DNA of 59,764 nt, filler included. It is 4 parts of 4 records of this genome, joined end to end, with 100 filler letters (N's around TTAATTAATTAA, not from the genome) between each part and the next. Parts side by side here need not be neighbours in the genome. Positions count along the whole stretch, not along the records: positions 1 to 7,653 come from SRR31156797_3582; positions 7,754 to 38,129 come from SRR31156797_3583; 2 more parts are not named here. One strand, 5' to 3'. Of the stretch, positions 1 through 8,193 are shown piece by piece (the first letter of the stretch is position 1; each line of letters opens with the position of its first letter). The position numbers and the translations under genes were made by a program. The notes beneath the pieces were generated by a model. It had not been told where the DNA came from. It made no database searches and worked only from the letters and a program-made list of their open reading frames with translations.

Positions 1-28
1 TGCTTCGTCGAAGACTCCTCGCAATGAC
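1..28. repeat. Right half of a palindromic interspersed repeat (…TGCTTCGTCG…CTCCTCGCAATGAC; RPE/REP-like GTCATTGCGAG class), truncated at contig start
   Basis: tgcttcgtcgaagactcctcgcaatgac resembles the GATTGCTTCG…CTCGCAATGAC arm of a widespread palindromic repeat; the contig begins inside it. Confidence 0.5.
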
Positions 29-114
29 AGCTGCCGTTTTATTTCCTTTTATAAAACTACCTGGCGGTTTCGCCTAACGTGGGACTCGCAAATAATACTG
101 ATGAAGCCAAAATT

Positions 115-564
115 CTATCCAGGCGGGCCTAACTCTTTTCTGTCCTTCATCTGAAGTTCAAGCACGATGCGCCCCCAACCGCCGCACCTGACGCCCACAT
201 CAAAACAACCGACCCTTTTAAACCGCATCTCATTGGGGTCCACGCCGGCGTAAAACAGTTCATTGGCCGTATAGATAGCCGGGGAAAGAACGCTCAGCGC
301 ATGAATGCATATTCTTGACGGATTGAGTTTCGTCAACAGGTTTCCCGCCCCGTCAAAATAAAACTCGTCCCCGACCCGGTGGCGGCTGTTGCAGCCATGG
401 GAATCAACCACCTTGGCCACAATAGTCTTTTCCATCAACAAAGGCGCCTTGGCAACAACATCCTCACACATGGGGTTCTCACGGAAAAGTTTCATCTCCT
501 CATCCGAATACCCCAGGTGCTGCTGAAAAAATTCCCACGTACTCTCATCTACAGCCATCTTCAC
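115..564 (-). CDS. TIGR04076-like small Cys/His protein
   Basis: Motifs KVVDSHGCNSRHRVGDEFYF, ICIHAL and CFDVG; GGAGG RBS upstream (start GTG 564 or ATG 558). Confidence 0.6.
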   Translation of the reverse strand: MKMAVDESTWEFFQQHLGYSDEEMKLFRENPMCEDVVAKAPLLMEKTIVAKVVDSHGCNSRHRVGDEFYFDGAGNLLTKLNPSRICIHALSVLSPAIYTANELFYAGVDPNEMRFKRVGCFDVGVRCGGWGRIVLELQMKDRKELGPPG

Positions 565-585
565 CCTCCTGCTTTTATTTATAAA

Positions 586-610
586 GCTCCCCGCAGCAAG
601 CCGCGGGGCG
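586..610. repeat. Short GC-rich palindrome CCCCGC-AGCAAGCC-GCGGGG (REP-like hairpin)
   Basis: Inverted repeat 589-594/603-608 in the intergenic gap between the sigma gene and the downstream gene. Confidence 0.45.
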
Positions 611-631
611 CCAAATAAGCTTCAATTGACC

Positions 632-1474
632 TTAATCAAGCAGATCCAGTCTTCCCGATTCAACCAGTTCTTTCAATCCATGAACAAAATCCTCGGGAGC
701 CGAATAAGCCGGATGACTTTTAAATAATGCAGCCACGCGATTTATTTCATCCATTTCCTTCAACCGGGCCAATGCATCCGGGTTCCGTCTCACCCGGCAG
801 CGATGATCCGAAAACACCATTTCCTCGGGCCTGACCCACTTTGTTTCCAAACTGTAAGGAGCGATGCGGGAACACAAACACCGGTTATCCGGATTTATCA
901 GCCCGCAGTGCTTAATCATGAATTCCCTGATGCGAGACCGGGCCCTTGAAAGCCTCTTGCGGAAAGCATCCGGGCTGATATCCAGTATGTACGCTCCCTG
1001 TCGGCTGCTGACCTCGAATATCTCACCCAGGGTATAGGCCAGGCGGTGTTCTCTATCCAAACAGAGCAGCAAAGCCTGGAGACACGCCAGCCTTATCTCT
1101 TCAACAATCATATCCTGCTGGGCCGCGGATTCGCTTTCCCGCCATTCCCCGGCCAGAGCCCTGTCTATTTGGAGGGCGCTTTCTTCAAAACTGTTTCCCC
1201 GGCGTTCGGCCAGGCTTTTTCGCATTGTTAAAAGGTGGTTGGCGGCGACTCTATACACCCAGGTAGTAAAAGCGCTCTGCTCCCTGAATCCCCCCAAATG
1301 CGTTATCACCTTAACCAGAATTTCCTGCATGGCGTCTTCGGCGTCGGACGGATCGTGCAGCATCCGTAGAGCCAGGTTGTAAACCTTGTCCTGGATTCCC
1401 GACACAACTTCCTCAAGCGCCGCCCTGTCGCCTTCCTTGGCTCTTGTAACCGCTGTTTCCAAAGCTGATCCCAT
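632..1474 (-). CDS. ECF RNA polymerase sigma-70 factor with Cys-rich C-terminal extension
   Basis: Region 2 (DAEDAMQEIL…FTTWVYRVAANH), region 4 (FRKRLSRARSRI), then a ~90-aa tail with CGLINPDNRCLCSR. Confidence 0.9.
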   Translation of the reverse strand: MGSALETAVTRAKEGDRAALEEVVSGIQDKVYNLALRMLHDPSDAEDAMQEILVKVITHLGGFREQSAFTTWVYRVAANHLLTMRKSLAERRGNSFEESALQIDRALAGEWRESESAAQQDMIVEEIRLACLQALLLCLDREHRLAYTLGEIFEVSSRQGAYILDISPDAFRKRLSRARSRIREFMIKHCGLINPDNRCLCSRIAPYSLETKWVRPEEMVFSDHRCRVRRNPDALARLKEMDEINRVAALFKSHPAYSAPEDFVHGLKELVESGRLDLLD

Positions 1475-1495
1475 ATTAAACCACCCTTTGTATCC

Positions 1496-1524
1496 TTAGA
1501 CTCAAAACATGGCGGATTGTGACC
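1496..1524 (-). promoter_or_regulatory. Putative autoregulatory ECF promoter GGTCACA-N16-GTCTAA
   Basis: Minus strand ggtcaca-atccgccatgttttga-gtctaa ends about 20 nt upstream of the sigma ATG; resembles TGTCACA/CGTC-type ECF promoters. Confidence 0.5.
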
Positions 1525-1557
1525 GATTTTTTATCTCTGAAAATTTATCGTGCGTTA

Positions 1558-2895
1558 TCATCCCTTTACGGTCTTTGCTATCCCGATCATGGCCTCCAGG
1601 CTTTTTTCCACATCCTCCGCCGTAGTCGCCCAGGACGATACGCTTATTCTCATGGCCGTCTTTCCCTGCCATACCGTTCCCCCGCACCAGCAGGTCCCTT
1701 CTTCCTGGATTTCGGCGATTATTCTTTTTGTAGTCTCCGCGTCTCCGAATGAAACCAGAACCTGGTTCAAAACCACGTCATTCAAAATCTCATATCCGGC
1801 CTTATTCAATCCTTCGGCAAACCTGGATGCATACCTGCACGTCCTTTCTATCAGGTCGGCCAGTCCCGAGCGCCCCAACGACAAAAGCGCGGCCCAGATG
1901 TCTATTCCACGGGCCCGCCTCGAAGATTCGGGCGTAAATCGCTCTTCTTCGGGTAAATAAGAAGCAGCCACTGAAAAGGAGTTGTAAAGGTCTTCGGGAT
2001 GCCGGACAAAGGCCAAACCGGAATCATAGGCCGTGTTAAGCCACTTGTGAGCGTCCGTCGCCCAGGAATCAGCTTTGTTTAACCCCTCGATCAGATAGGA
2101 CCTGTCGGGCGCGGCCCCGGCCCACAACCCGAAAGCCCCGTCTACGTGGACCCAAACGCAGGGCTGCTTAACTTTGGCGCAGATTTCGCCGACCGGATCA
2201 AAAGCGCCCGTGTTTACATTGCCCGCCTGCAGGCACACAATCGCCGGACCCGATATTTCAGGGAATTCATCCGCAATCACGCGCCCCTGGTTGTCTACAG
2301 GCGCGACTGTAACTCTTTCCCGGCCAAGCCCCAACATGCCCAGGGCTTTGAACACCGTGGGATGAGACTCCTTACTCACAACCACATTAATTTCGGGAGC
2401 GCCGAACAATCCCCTGGATTCGACGTCCCACCCTTCCGTTGCCAGCACGTGACGCCTGGCCGCGGTCAGGGCCGTGTAATTGGCCATGGTAGCTCCGGTG
2501 GCAAAGGAAACCGCGCTGCCGGCCGGCAAGTTTAATACATTCAGCAGCCATTTGGCCGCGATCTTTTCAACCTTAAGACCGAATGGAGCCATCTTGCTCG
2601 AAAAAGCATTCTGGTCCCAGGCGCCGGCCATCCAGTTGGCGGCCAGCGCAGCCGGCAGAACGCCTCCGATTACAAACCCGAAATATCTCCCTCCGACCGT
2701 CCCCACCGTGGACGGCGAACCATAATCGCTTAATAATTCCAACACGCTTTCCGGATCCATGGATTCCGTGGGGAGTTCAATCTCCAAATCGGCCAGTCTG
2801 TCGATGTTTGCCTGTTCCGGGTAAACTCTATTTTCATTAACTTGCCCCAAAAAATCCGCGGCTCTGCCGGCTGTGTCCATTAACAGCTTTTTCAT
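1558..2895 (-). CDS. Group II PLP-dependent amino-acid decarboxylase (aromatic-L-amino-acid/glutamate decarboxylase family)
   Basis: WVHVDGAFG and ADSWATDAHKWLN (PLP lysine) motifs; 445 aa. Confidence 0.9.
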   Translation of the reverse strand: MKKLLMDTAGRAADFLGQVNENRVYPEQANIDRLADLEIELPTESMDPESVLELLSDYGSPSTVGTVGGRYFGFVIGGVLPAALAANWMAGAWDQNAFSSKMAPFGLKVEKIAAKWLLNVLNLPAGSAVSFATGATMANYTALTAARRHVLATEGWDVESRGLFGAPEINVVVSKESHPTVFKALGMLGLGRERVTVAPVDNQGRVIADEFPEISGPAIVCLQAGNVNTGAFDPVGEICAKVKQPCVWVHVDGAFGLWAGAAPDRSYLIEGLNKADSWATDAHKWLNTAYDSGLAFVRHPEDLYNSFSVAASYLPEEERFTPESSRRARGIDIWAALLSLGRSGLADLIERTCRYASRFAEGLNKAGYEILNDVVLNQVLVSFGDAETTKRIIAEIQEEGTCWCGGTVWQGKTAMRISVSSWATTAEDVEKSLEAMIGIAKTVKG

Positions 2896-3025
2896 GATTA
2901 TACCTCTATAGATCTTTTTTAATAACTACATTTGACAATATTGCATCTATTGTATCCATATTTTCAAATCAAAATCTGCCTATTCAAGTTCCATTGTCCC
3001 TATAGATCCTTCATCTGAATATATG

Positions 3026-3070
3026 TTGACAATTTTTAGCTGTCAATGTATATATTGTCACCATGACAAT
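3026..3070 (+). promoter_or_regulatory. Promoter and probable MocR operator: TTGACA…TGTCAA and ATTGTCA-CCA-TGACAAT palindromes
   Basis: ttgaca 3026-3031 / tgtcaa 3041-3046; perfect 7-bp inverted repeat 3054-3060/3064-3070 spanning the ATG. Confidence 0.55.
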
Positions 3071-4448
3071 TTGGATTCCTGAAATAAACAAAATCGGTAA
3101 GCCGATTTACATCAGCATCGCTGACAGTATTGAAGAGGACATCGAATCCGGCCGGTTAAATCCAGGCGACCGGCTGCCTCCACAGAGGGATCTTGCCGAG
3201 GCCCTGGGGGTGACAATTGGAACGGTCACCCGGGCATATTCCGAAGCCCGCCGCCGGGAATTGTTGTGCGGCGAAGTCGGGCGCGGCACTTTTATAACTG
3301 AAAAAAAGGCTTTTCCGGCGCCATTAAGCATTCAGCCTGATACACCGTCAAATACAATCGACCTGAGTCTTAATCATCCCTTGCATGAAGAAGCGCCCGA
3401 CCTTTCAAGGGTCCTTACTTCCCTGGCCGGCGATCCATCACTGTCCGAATTGCTCCAATGTCAACCCGCCGCAGGAACCCTCAGGCACCGCTCGGCCGGA
3501 GCGGCCTGGGTAGGCAAATACGGCCTTAAGTGCGACCCGGACCGGGTGATTGTTTGCGCCGGCGCTCAACATGCTCTCACTGTCGTGCTTACAACACTGG
3601 CCTCCCCGGGTGACATCATCCTGGCCGAAGAACTTACTTATCCGGGCCTCAAGACCCTGGCCCACCTGTTAAACCTCAAACTGGCCCCGGTAGCCATTGA
3701 TGATGAAGGCCTGGTTCCGGAAGCCCTGGAAGCAGCCCTGCAAAAACAAAACGTCAAGGCCGTTTATACTACACCCACACTGCATAATCCGACAACAGGA
3801 ACCCTGTCTCAAAAGCGTCGGGAATTGATTTCGGAATTAATACGAAAATATGAAGTTTTTCTAATTGAAGACGACGTCCACGGCCTGCTTTTGCCGCAAG
3901 CTCCCTCTCCAATATCCTCCTTTATTCCGGAACAGAGCTATTTTATCGCCGGAACGTCAAAAACACTGGCCGGAGGATTGCGGACAGCCTATTTGCGCAC
4001 TCCAAAACAGGCTTATCAATCGGTAATGCATGCCGTGGCGGCGACTATCTGGATGTCGGCGCCTTTGATGGCGGAAATCGCCGCCAGATGGATTGAAGAC
4101 GGGACCGCGGACCGGGTCATCAAGGTGCGACAAAAAAAATCCATTCAACGTTACGCTTTAGCTGTTGACATCATGAAAAAACAATCATTTCGGTCCGAAC
4201 CGACCTCGCTTCACATGTGGCTTCATCTTCCTCAACCCTGGACAGGGCATCAGTTCGCCATGGAAGCTTTTCAAAGGGGCGTTTCAGTCACTCCGGCCGA
4301 ATCATTTGTAATCGGCGCTTCACACGTACCGGCGGCGGCCCGAATATCATTAAGCGGCGCCCGAGACATATTCGAACTGGAAAAATCTTTAGGAATTCTG
4401 GCCGAAATGTTAGAAGGCCCCCCGGATTCCATTCATTGCATTTTTTGA
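3063..4448 (+). CDS. MocR/GabR-family transcriptional regulator (GntR wHTH + PLP aminotransferase domain)
   Basis: PGDRLPPQRDLAEALGVTIGTVTRAY HTH; HNPT, IEDDVH and TSKTLAGGLR motifs; divergent from the decarboxylase. Confidence 0.93.
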   Translation: MTIWIPEINKIGKPIYISIADSIEEDIESGRLNPGDRLPPQRDLAEALGVTIGTVTRAYSEARRRELLCGEVGRGTFITEKKAFPAPLSIQPDTPSNTIDLSLNHPLHEEAPDLSRVLTSLAGDPSLSELLQCQPAAGTLRHRSAGAAWVGKYGLKCDPDRVIVCAGAQHALTVVLTTLASPGDIILAEELTYPGLKTLAHLLNLKLAPVAIDDEGLVPEALEAALQKQNVKAVYTTPTLHNPTTGTLSQKRRELISELIRKYEVFLIEDDVHGLLLPQAPSPISSFIPEQSYFIAGTSKTLAGGLRTAYLRTPKQAYQSVMHAVAATIWMSAPLMAEIAARWIEDGTADRVIKVRQKKSIQRYALAVDIMKKQSFRSEPTSLHMWLHLPQPWTGHQFAMEAFQRGVSVTPAESFVIGASHVPAAARISLSGARDIFELEKSLGILAEMLEGPPDSIHCIF

Positions 4449-4464
4449 TTTGAACAGGCGCCCT

Positions 4465-5289
4465 TTAAAGCTCATCCAACTCCTTTTTGATCATGCGGTC
4501 AACCATGAATCCCGGCAACACCTTGATAAGATAATACTTTGTCTTACTCGGAGCGATCAAATATCTCAATTTGGGATTCTCCCTGGTAAAGGCTTCATAA
4601 ACGATTTTTCCAACTTCAACCGGCGGCAACCCCGTGCTTTTTCCCTTGCGAATGGCATATTCCCCTAAAGCGCGAGCCTGCTTTTCAAATATGGAACCGG
4701 CAAACCCGTCCAGTAGAGGCTCTCCCTTGTCCCAAATAGGCGTATTTATCCTGCCGGGCTGAATTATGACAACCTTGATTCCCAGGGACATCAGTTCCCG
4801 CCTCAATGAATCCGAATAACCTTCAAGAGCAAATTTGGCCGAACAATAAGGGCCAAAAAACGGCGTGGCAAAAAAACCGGAATCGCTGCTCATCATCACG
4901 ACCCTGCCTTTTGCTTCCAACAACAAAGGGAAAAAAGCCCTCGTAACCCTGTGGACGCCCATGAGGCTTATATCAAATTGTTTTTTAATCTCATCAACAT
5001 CCAAATCCATCAAGGGTCCGGCCAGGGCCACGCCCGCATTGTTCAGCAAGCCGAAAAGTCCGGTCCCCTGCCCGCTGACATATTCAAATGCGGCTGAAAC
5101 ATCCTCATCATTGGTTACGTCAAGCCTCAAGGGAACGATATTATCCATTGCCGCCAATTCATTCAAATCCGACTGTTTTCTGGCTCCGGCATAAACCCTG
5201 AATCCGGCGCCGGCCAGGTATTCCGCCGCGGCCCGCCCAATTCCCGTGCTGGCCCCTGTAACCAGTATCCACTTATCCTGATCCGTCAT
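4465..5289 (-). CDS. Short-chain dehydrogenase/reductase (SDR)
   Basis: TGASTGIG, NNAG and YCSAK motifs; start placed at ATG 5289 (MTDQDKWILV) rather than 5448. Confidence 0.9.
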   Translation of the reverse strand: MTDQDKWILVTGASTGIGRAAAEYLAGAGFRVYAGARKQSDLNELAAMDNIVPLRLDVTNDEDVSAAFEYVSGQGTGLFGLLNNAGVALAGPLMDLDVDEIKKQFDISLMGVHRVTRAFFPLLLEAKGRVVMMSSDSGFFATPFFGPYCSAKFALEGYSDSLRRELMSLGIKVVIIQPGRINTPIWDKGEPLLDGFAGSIFEKQARALGEYAIRKGKSTGLPPVEVGKIVYEAFTRENPKLRYLIAPSKTKYYLIKVLPGFMVDRMIKKELDEL

Positions 5290-5617
5290 CACTCGCCTTT
5301 TTGTTAATTTTTTCCATCTGGTTGCGATATTGCCGAAACAACAATAAAACAGCATTGTCTGAAAGTCATCAACATTCAGCATTTGACAGCCGGCTGCCGC
5401 CCCAATAAAGACGTTTGTTTGATAATTCGGGATCGGATGGAACTTCATCCATATAAATATGATAATATAAAATAATAAAGATTCCGGCTGAAAGATCTTA
5501 ATAGACGGACAATCGATAATCCCGCAATGAATTCAAGCAGCCGGATAATAATATTCGCTTCGGCAACAGCGCTTTATGTAAGAAATAGCGAGCACGGCTT
5601 GCCGCCGGAGGTCATTA

Positions 5618-6010
5618 ATGCCGTTGAAATTCTCTGTTCATCCTGATGAAGGCTATTTTGTTTCCCATTTTTCCTTAAAACAACATATCGATGAGATGTT
5701 GGATGGGTATAAGAATTTTTTTGAAAGCGTAAATTGGATCCCCGGATTAAATGAGCTTGTAGACCTCAGTGATTCTGATTTCTCGGCTGTCACAAGCAGC
5801 GACTTAAAGCTCCTCGTAAATTACATCAGAAAAGTCTATGAAAAACACAAATTGATTGAGGTCAAGGTTGCCGTATTTGCTCCCAAAGCTCTGCCTTTTG
5901 GTATTGCCAGAGTGTATGAAGCCCTGGCTTATGACTCTCCGGAAAATGTAATGGTCTTTCGAACTTTCGACGAGGCCGAATCGTGGCTTAAAGATCAGAA
6001 AAAAACATGA
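5618..6010 (+). CDS. Hypothetical protein, STAS/SEC14 (SpoIIAA-like) fold
   Basis: GGAGG RBS; ELVDLS…KVAVFAP…VFRTFDEAESWL pattern. Confidence 0.6.
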   Translation: MPLKFSVHPDEGYFVSHFSLKQHIDEMLDGYKNFFESVNWIPGLNELVDLSDSDFSAVTSSDLKLLVNYIRKVYEKHKLIEVKVAVFAPKALPFGIARVYEALAYDSPENVMVFRTFDEAESWLKDQKKT

Positions 6011-6122
6011 CCGGCGCCCAAATATATCCACAATCTTTCTAATACCGCTTCTAATGCGCCGCGGCTTCATCCTAATATTCGGCCTAAATTCGATATTGCT
6101 TCATACTCTTTCCTAAGAGCGA

Positions 6123-7001
6123 TCATTTAACAAACACATATTTTTCCCATAAAAATTTCTTTTCATCATGTCGGCCGGAACGTGAAATATTCATTAATGC
6201 GGATAGGCTGCCGTCCTCGCAATCGTCATCATAATCTTTTCCTACTTTTCTTAATAAAAAGACAATCCCTGGATATGATTCAAACCTTACCGGGATGTTT
6301 TCAGGCGGCATACATGATTCCGGACTAAAATCAACCGGCATTTCAACGTAATCGCCTTTAGATGTGTTAATGGCCAACCATCTCGAATCCATTTTGACCA
6401 AAACAAATTGATGCCCGTTAATGGTCATTTCGAAATCATTGTTTTCCATGGCCTTATTGTAATCGTCAGCCTTGCTTGAAACTACGTAGCGAAGGTCTTG
6501 CGGCTTTTCAACCAATCCCAGCGCCTTGACCACGGCCATGAATGCCCGCGCATAATGCGTACATCCAAAAGCGGCTTTCGACCGGATTATTTCGTCAGCG
6601 GAAGGCGCAAAAAACAAGTCGGCCGGGTTTCCATTCATGTATTTTGAATGCCACCTTTTCAAAATCAGCTCTTGCTCGGAAGATAGTTTCAGAGCATATA
6701 CACCCCCCACGCCATATTTATCGAGTATGTCGTAGATGAAAAAATCATTCGGTTCGATTCTGTTGACGTGGATCCCGCTTTCTTCATCAATCAGTATTTT
6801 CGAAACCCTGAGCAACAAGGACAATTTGTCTCTCGAAGGCTGGGAATAAAGCAAAGGCGCTACCGTTTTATCGGCATAATTCAGGACGTCGGGCGTAACC
6901 ATCAAAAGCGGGTTTTTTTCCGCCGAAAACACCAGGCCGATGTTTGTAAAAAGCATCATGCCGATAAAAAATAGAAAAACAGCATTCTTCCTCAAAATCA
7001 C
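6123..7001 (-). CDS. Secreted hypothetical protein with a transglutaminase-like Cys-His motif
   Basis: GTG at 7001 with GGGAG RBS; signal peptide ending VFSA; FGCTHYARAF…GHQFVLV…WLAINTS. Confidence 0.55.
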   Translation of the reverse strand: MILRKNAVFLFFIGMMLFTNIGLVFSAEKNPLLMVTPDVLNYADKTVAPLLYSQPSRDKLSLLLRVSKILIDEESGIHVNRIEPNDFFIYDILDKYGVGGVYALKLSSEQELILKRWHSKYMNGNPADLFFAPSADEIIRSKAAFGCTHYARAFMAVVKALGLVEKPQDLRYVVSSKADDYNKAMENNDFEMTINGHQFVLVKMDSRWLAINTSKGDYVEMPVDFSPESCMPPENIPVRFESYPGIVFLLRKVGKDYDDDCEDGSLSALMNISRSGRHDEKKFLWEKYVFVK

Positions 7002-7134
7002 AATATACTCCCGCAAACCATTTGGTTTTAGATATTCTTTTAATAATGTTGAACCGGTTTTCGGGCACGGGTCATATACCAAAGATAATCAATACCGCGC
7101 CCCGCTCAGATCTACCCTTTCATGCATAAGCATT

Positions 7135-7344
7135 TTACTCATCCTTTCGATACTCCAATATATCCCCGGGTTGACAATCAAGTTCGCTGCAAATCGCCTC
7201 TAGTGTGGAAAACCTGATGGCCTTGGCCCGCCCGGTCTTTAATATGGATAGGTTTTGGGCAGTTATTCCCACTGCCCGGGCAAGATCCTTGGAAGCCATT
7301 TTTCTTTTAGCCAGCATAACATCCAGATTTATTATTATAGCCAT
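7135..7344 (-). CDS. Xre/YozG-family HTH transcriptional regulator
   Basis: IIINLDVMLAKRKM…NLSILKTGRAKAIRFSTLEAIC…CQPGDILEY. Confidence 0.93.
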   Translation of the reverse strand: MAIIINLDVMLAKRKMASKDLARAVGITAQNLSILKTGRAKAIRFSTLEAICSELDCQPGDILEYRKDE

Positions 7345-7354
7345 CTGACGCCGC

Positions 7355-7651
7355 CTATATCACCAGGGCCTGCTCTTCGGACAACCGCCGGCCCTCGTCC
7401 ATAATCCAGGCCACAACAATTATCATTATGGCCATAATTATTTCAGACAGATTCGCGCTGCCGAAACCGATTTGAATCATGCGTTGCCCTACCGGGTTTT
7501 TGAATGTCAGAGCCAGGGTCAAAAGGGCCTGGTGAACCGGGTGCAATCCCTGTCCTATAAGCAATGTGTATCCTATACGACGTATATACCCGACGCTCGC
7601 CTCGGTAAAAATATGCCCCTCCGCATAAAGGCCGAACAGCCTGCTTAGAAA
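7355..7651 (-). CDS. DUF2975 membrane protein, 5' end truncated by contig edge
   Basis: Frame open from 7651 (FLSRLFGLYAEGHIFTE…RRIG); C-terminus EEQALVI; usual partner of the YozG HTH. Confidence 0.8.
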   Translation of the reverse strand, partial: FLSRLFGLYAEGHIFTEASVGYIRRIGYTLLIGQGLHPVHQALLTLALTFKNPVGQRMIQIGFGSANLSEIIMAIMIIVVAWIMDEGRRLSEEQALVI

Positions 7652-7653
7652 AA

Positions 7654-7753
7654 NNNNNNNNNNNNNNNNNNNNNNNNNNNNNNNNNNNNNNNNNNNNTTA
7701 ATTAATTAANNNNNNNNNNNNNNNNNNNNNNNNNNNNNNNNNNNNNNNNNNNN
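7654..7753. other. Artificial contig linker (N-run + TTAATTAATTAA + N-run)
   Basis: 100 nt; core has stops in all six frames; base composition changes abruptly across it. Confidence 0.97.
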
Positions 7754-8193
7754 ATAGATTTTCTAATGCATATTACGGGTTAATAGTAGTGTTAATTATA
7801 GAGGAATAAATCTTGCTTACAATTGTTTCAAATTATCAGTATATAGGCTTTATGGTAGTTGAAATGTAAGTGATTATACTATTTAAAAGTGCAGTATATC
7901 ATTTAGTGATATAAACATTACTTAATTCCAAGAATAGCTTATTGAAAACAACGAATAAATAAGGGAGTAATTTCTAAAGGGCTACAGTTTTTTATAATAG
8001 TAATTTAGAAGTTCTATATTTCTGTACTTATTGTGTAATTTTTTTGAACAATTAATCAAATAGAAACAAGTAATAGGTATATTTTAGTGTTATCTACAAT
8101 TGTTCAAATAATATAAACATATGTGTAAATTCTTTTGATAAAGATTTGAGAATTTTAACATCTTAGTTTACTCCTAATTAAACATATATTTTT

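Noticed and set aside
5290-5448. N-terminal extension of the SDR ORF
   Set aside because: The Rossmann motif starts right after ATG 5289; the extension looks like non-coding read-through
5483-5545. TCCGGCTG…CAGCCGGA stem as a possible riboswitch
   Set aside because: No c-di-GMP or other riboswitch core recognised; only one stem
7698-7709. TTAATTAATTAA recurring three times within N-runs
   Set aside because: Synthetic six-frame-stop linker, not a biological repeat or CRISPR
8043-8108. 11-bp inverted repeat TTTGAACAATT/AATTGTTCAAA upstream of susC as an invertible promoter or operator
   Set aside because: Very AT-rich, short, and no recombinase or regulator in view; could be chance
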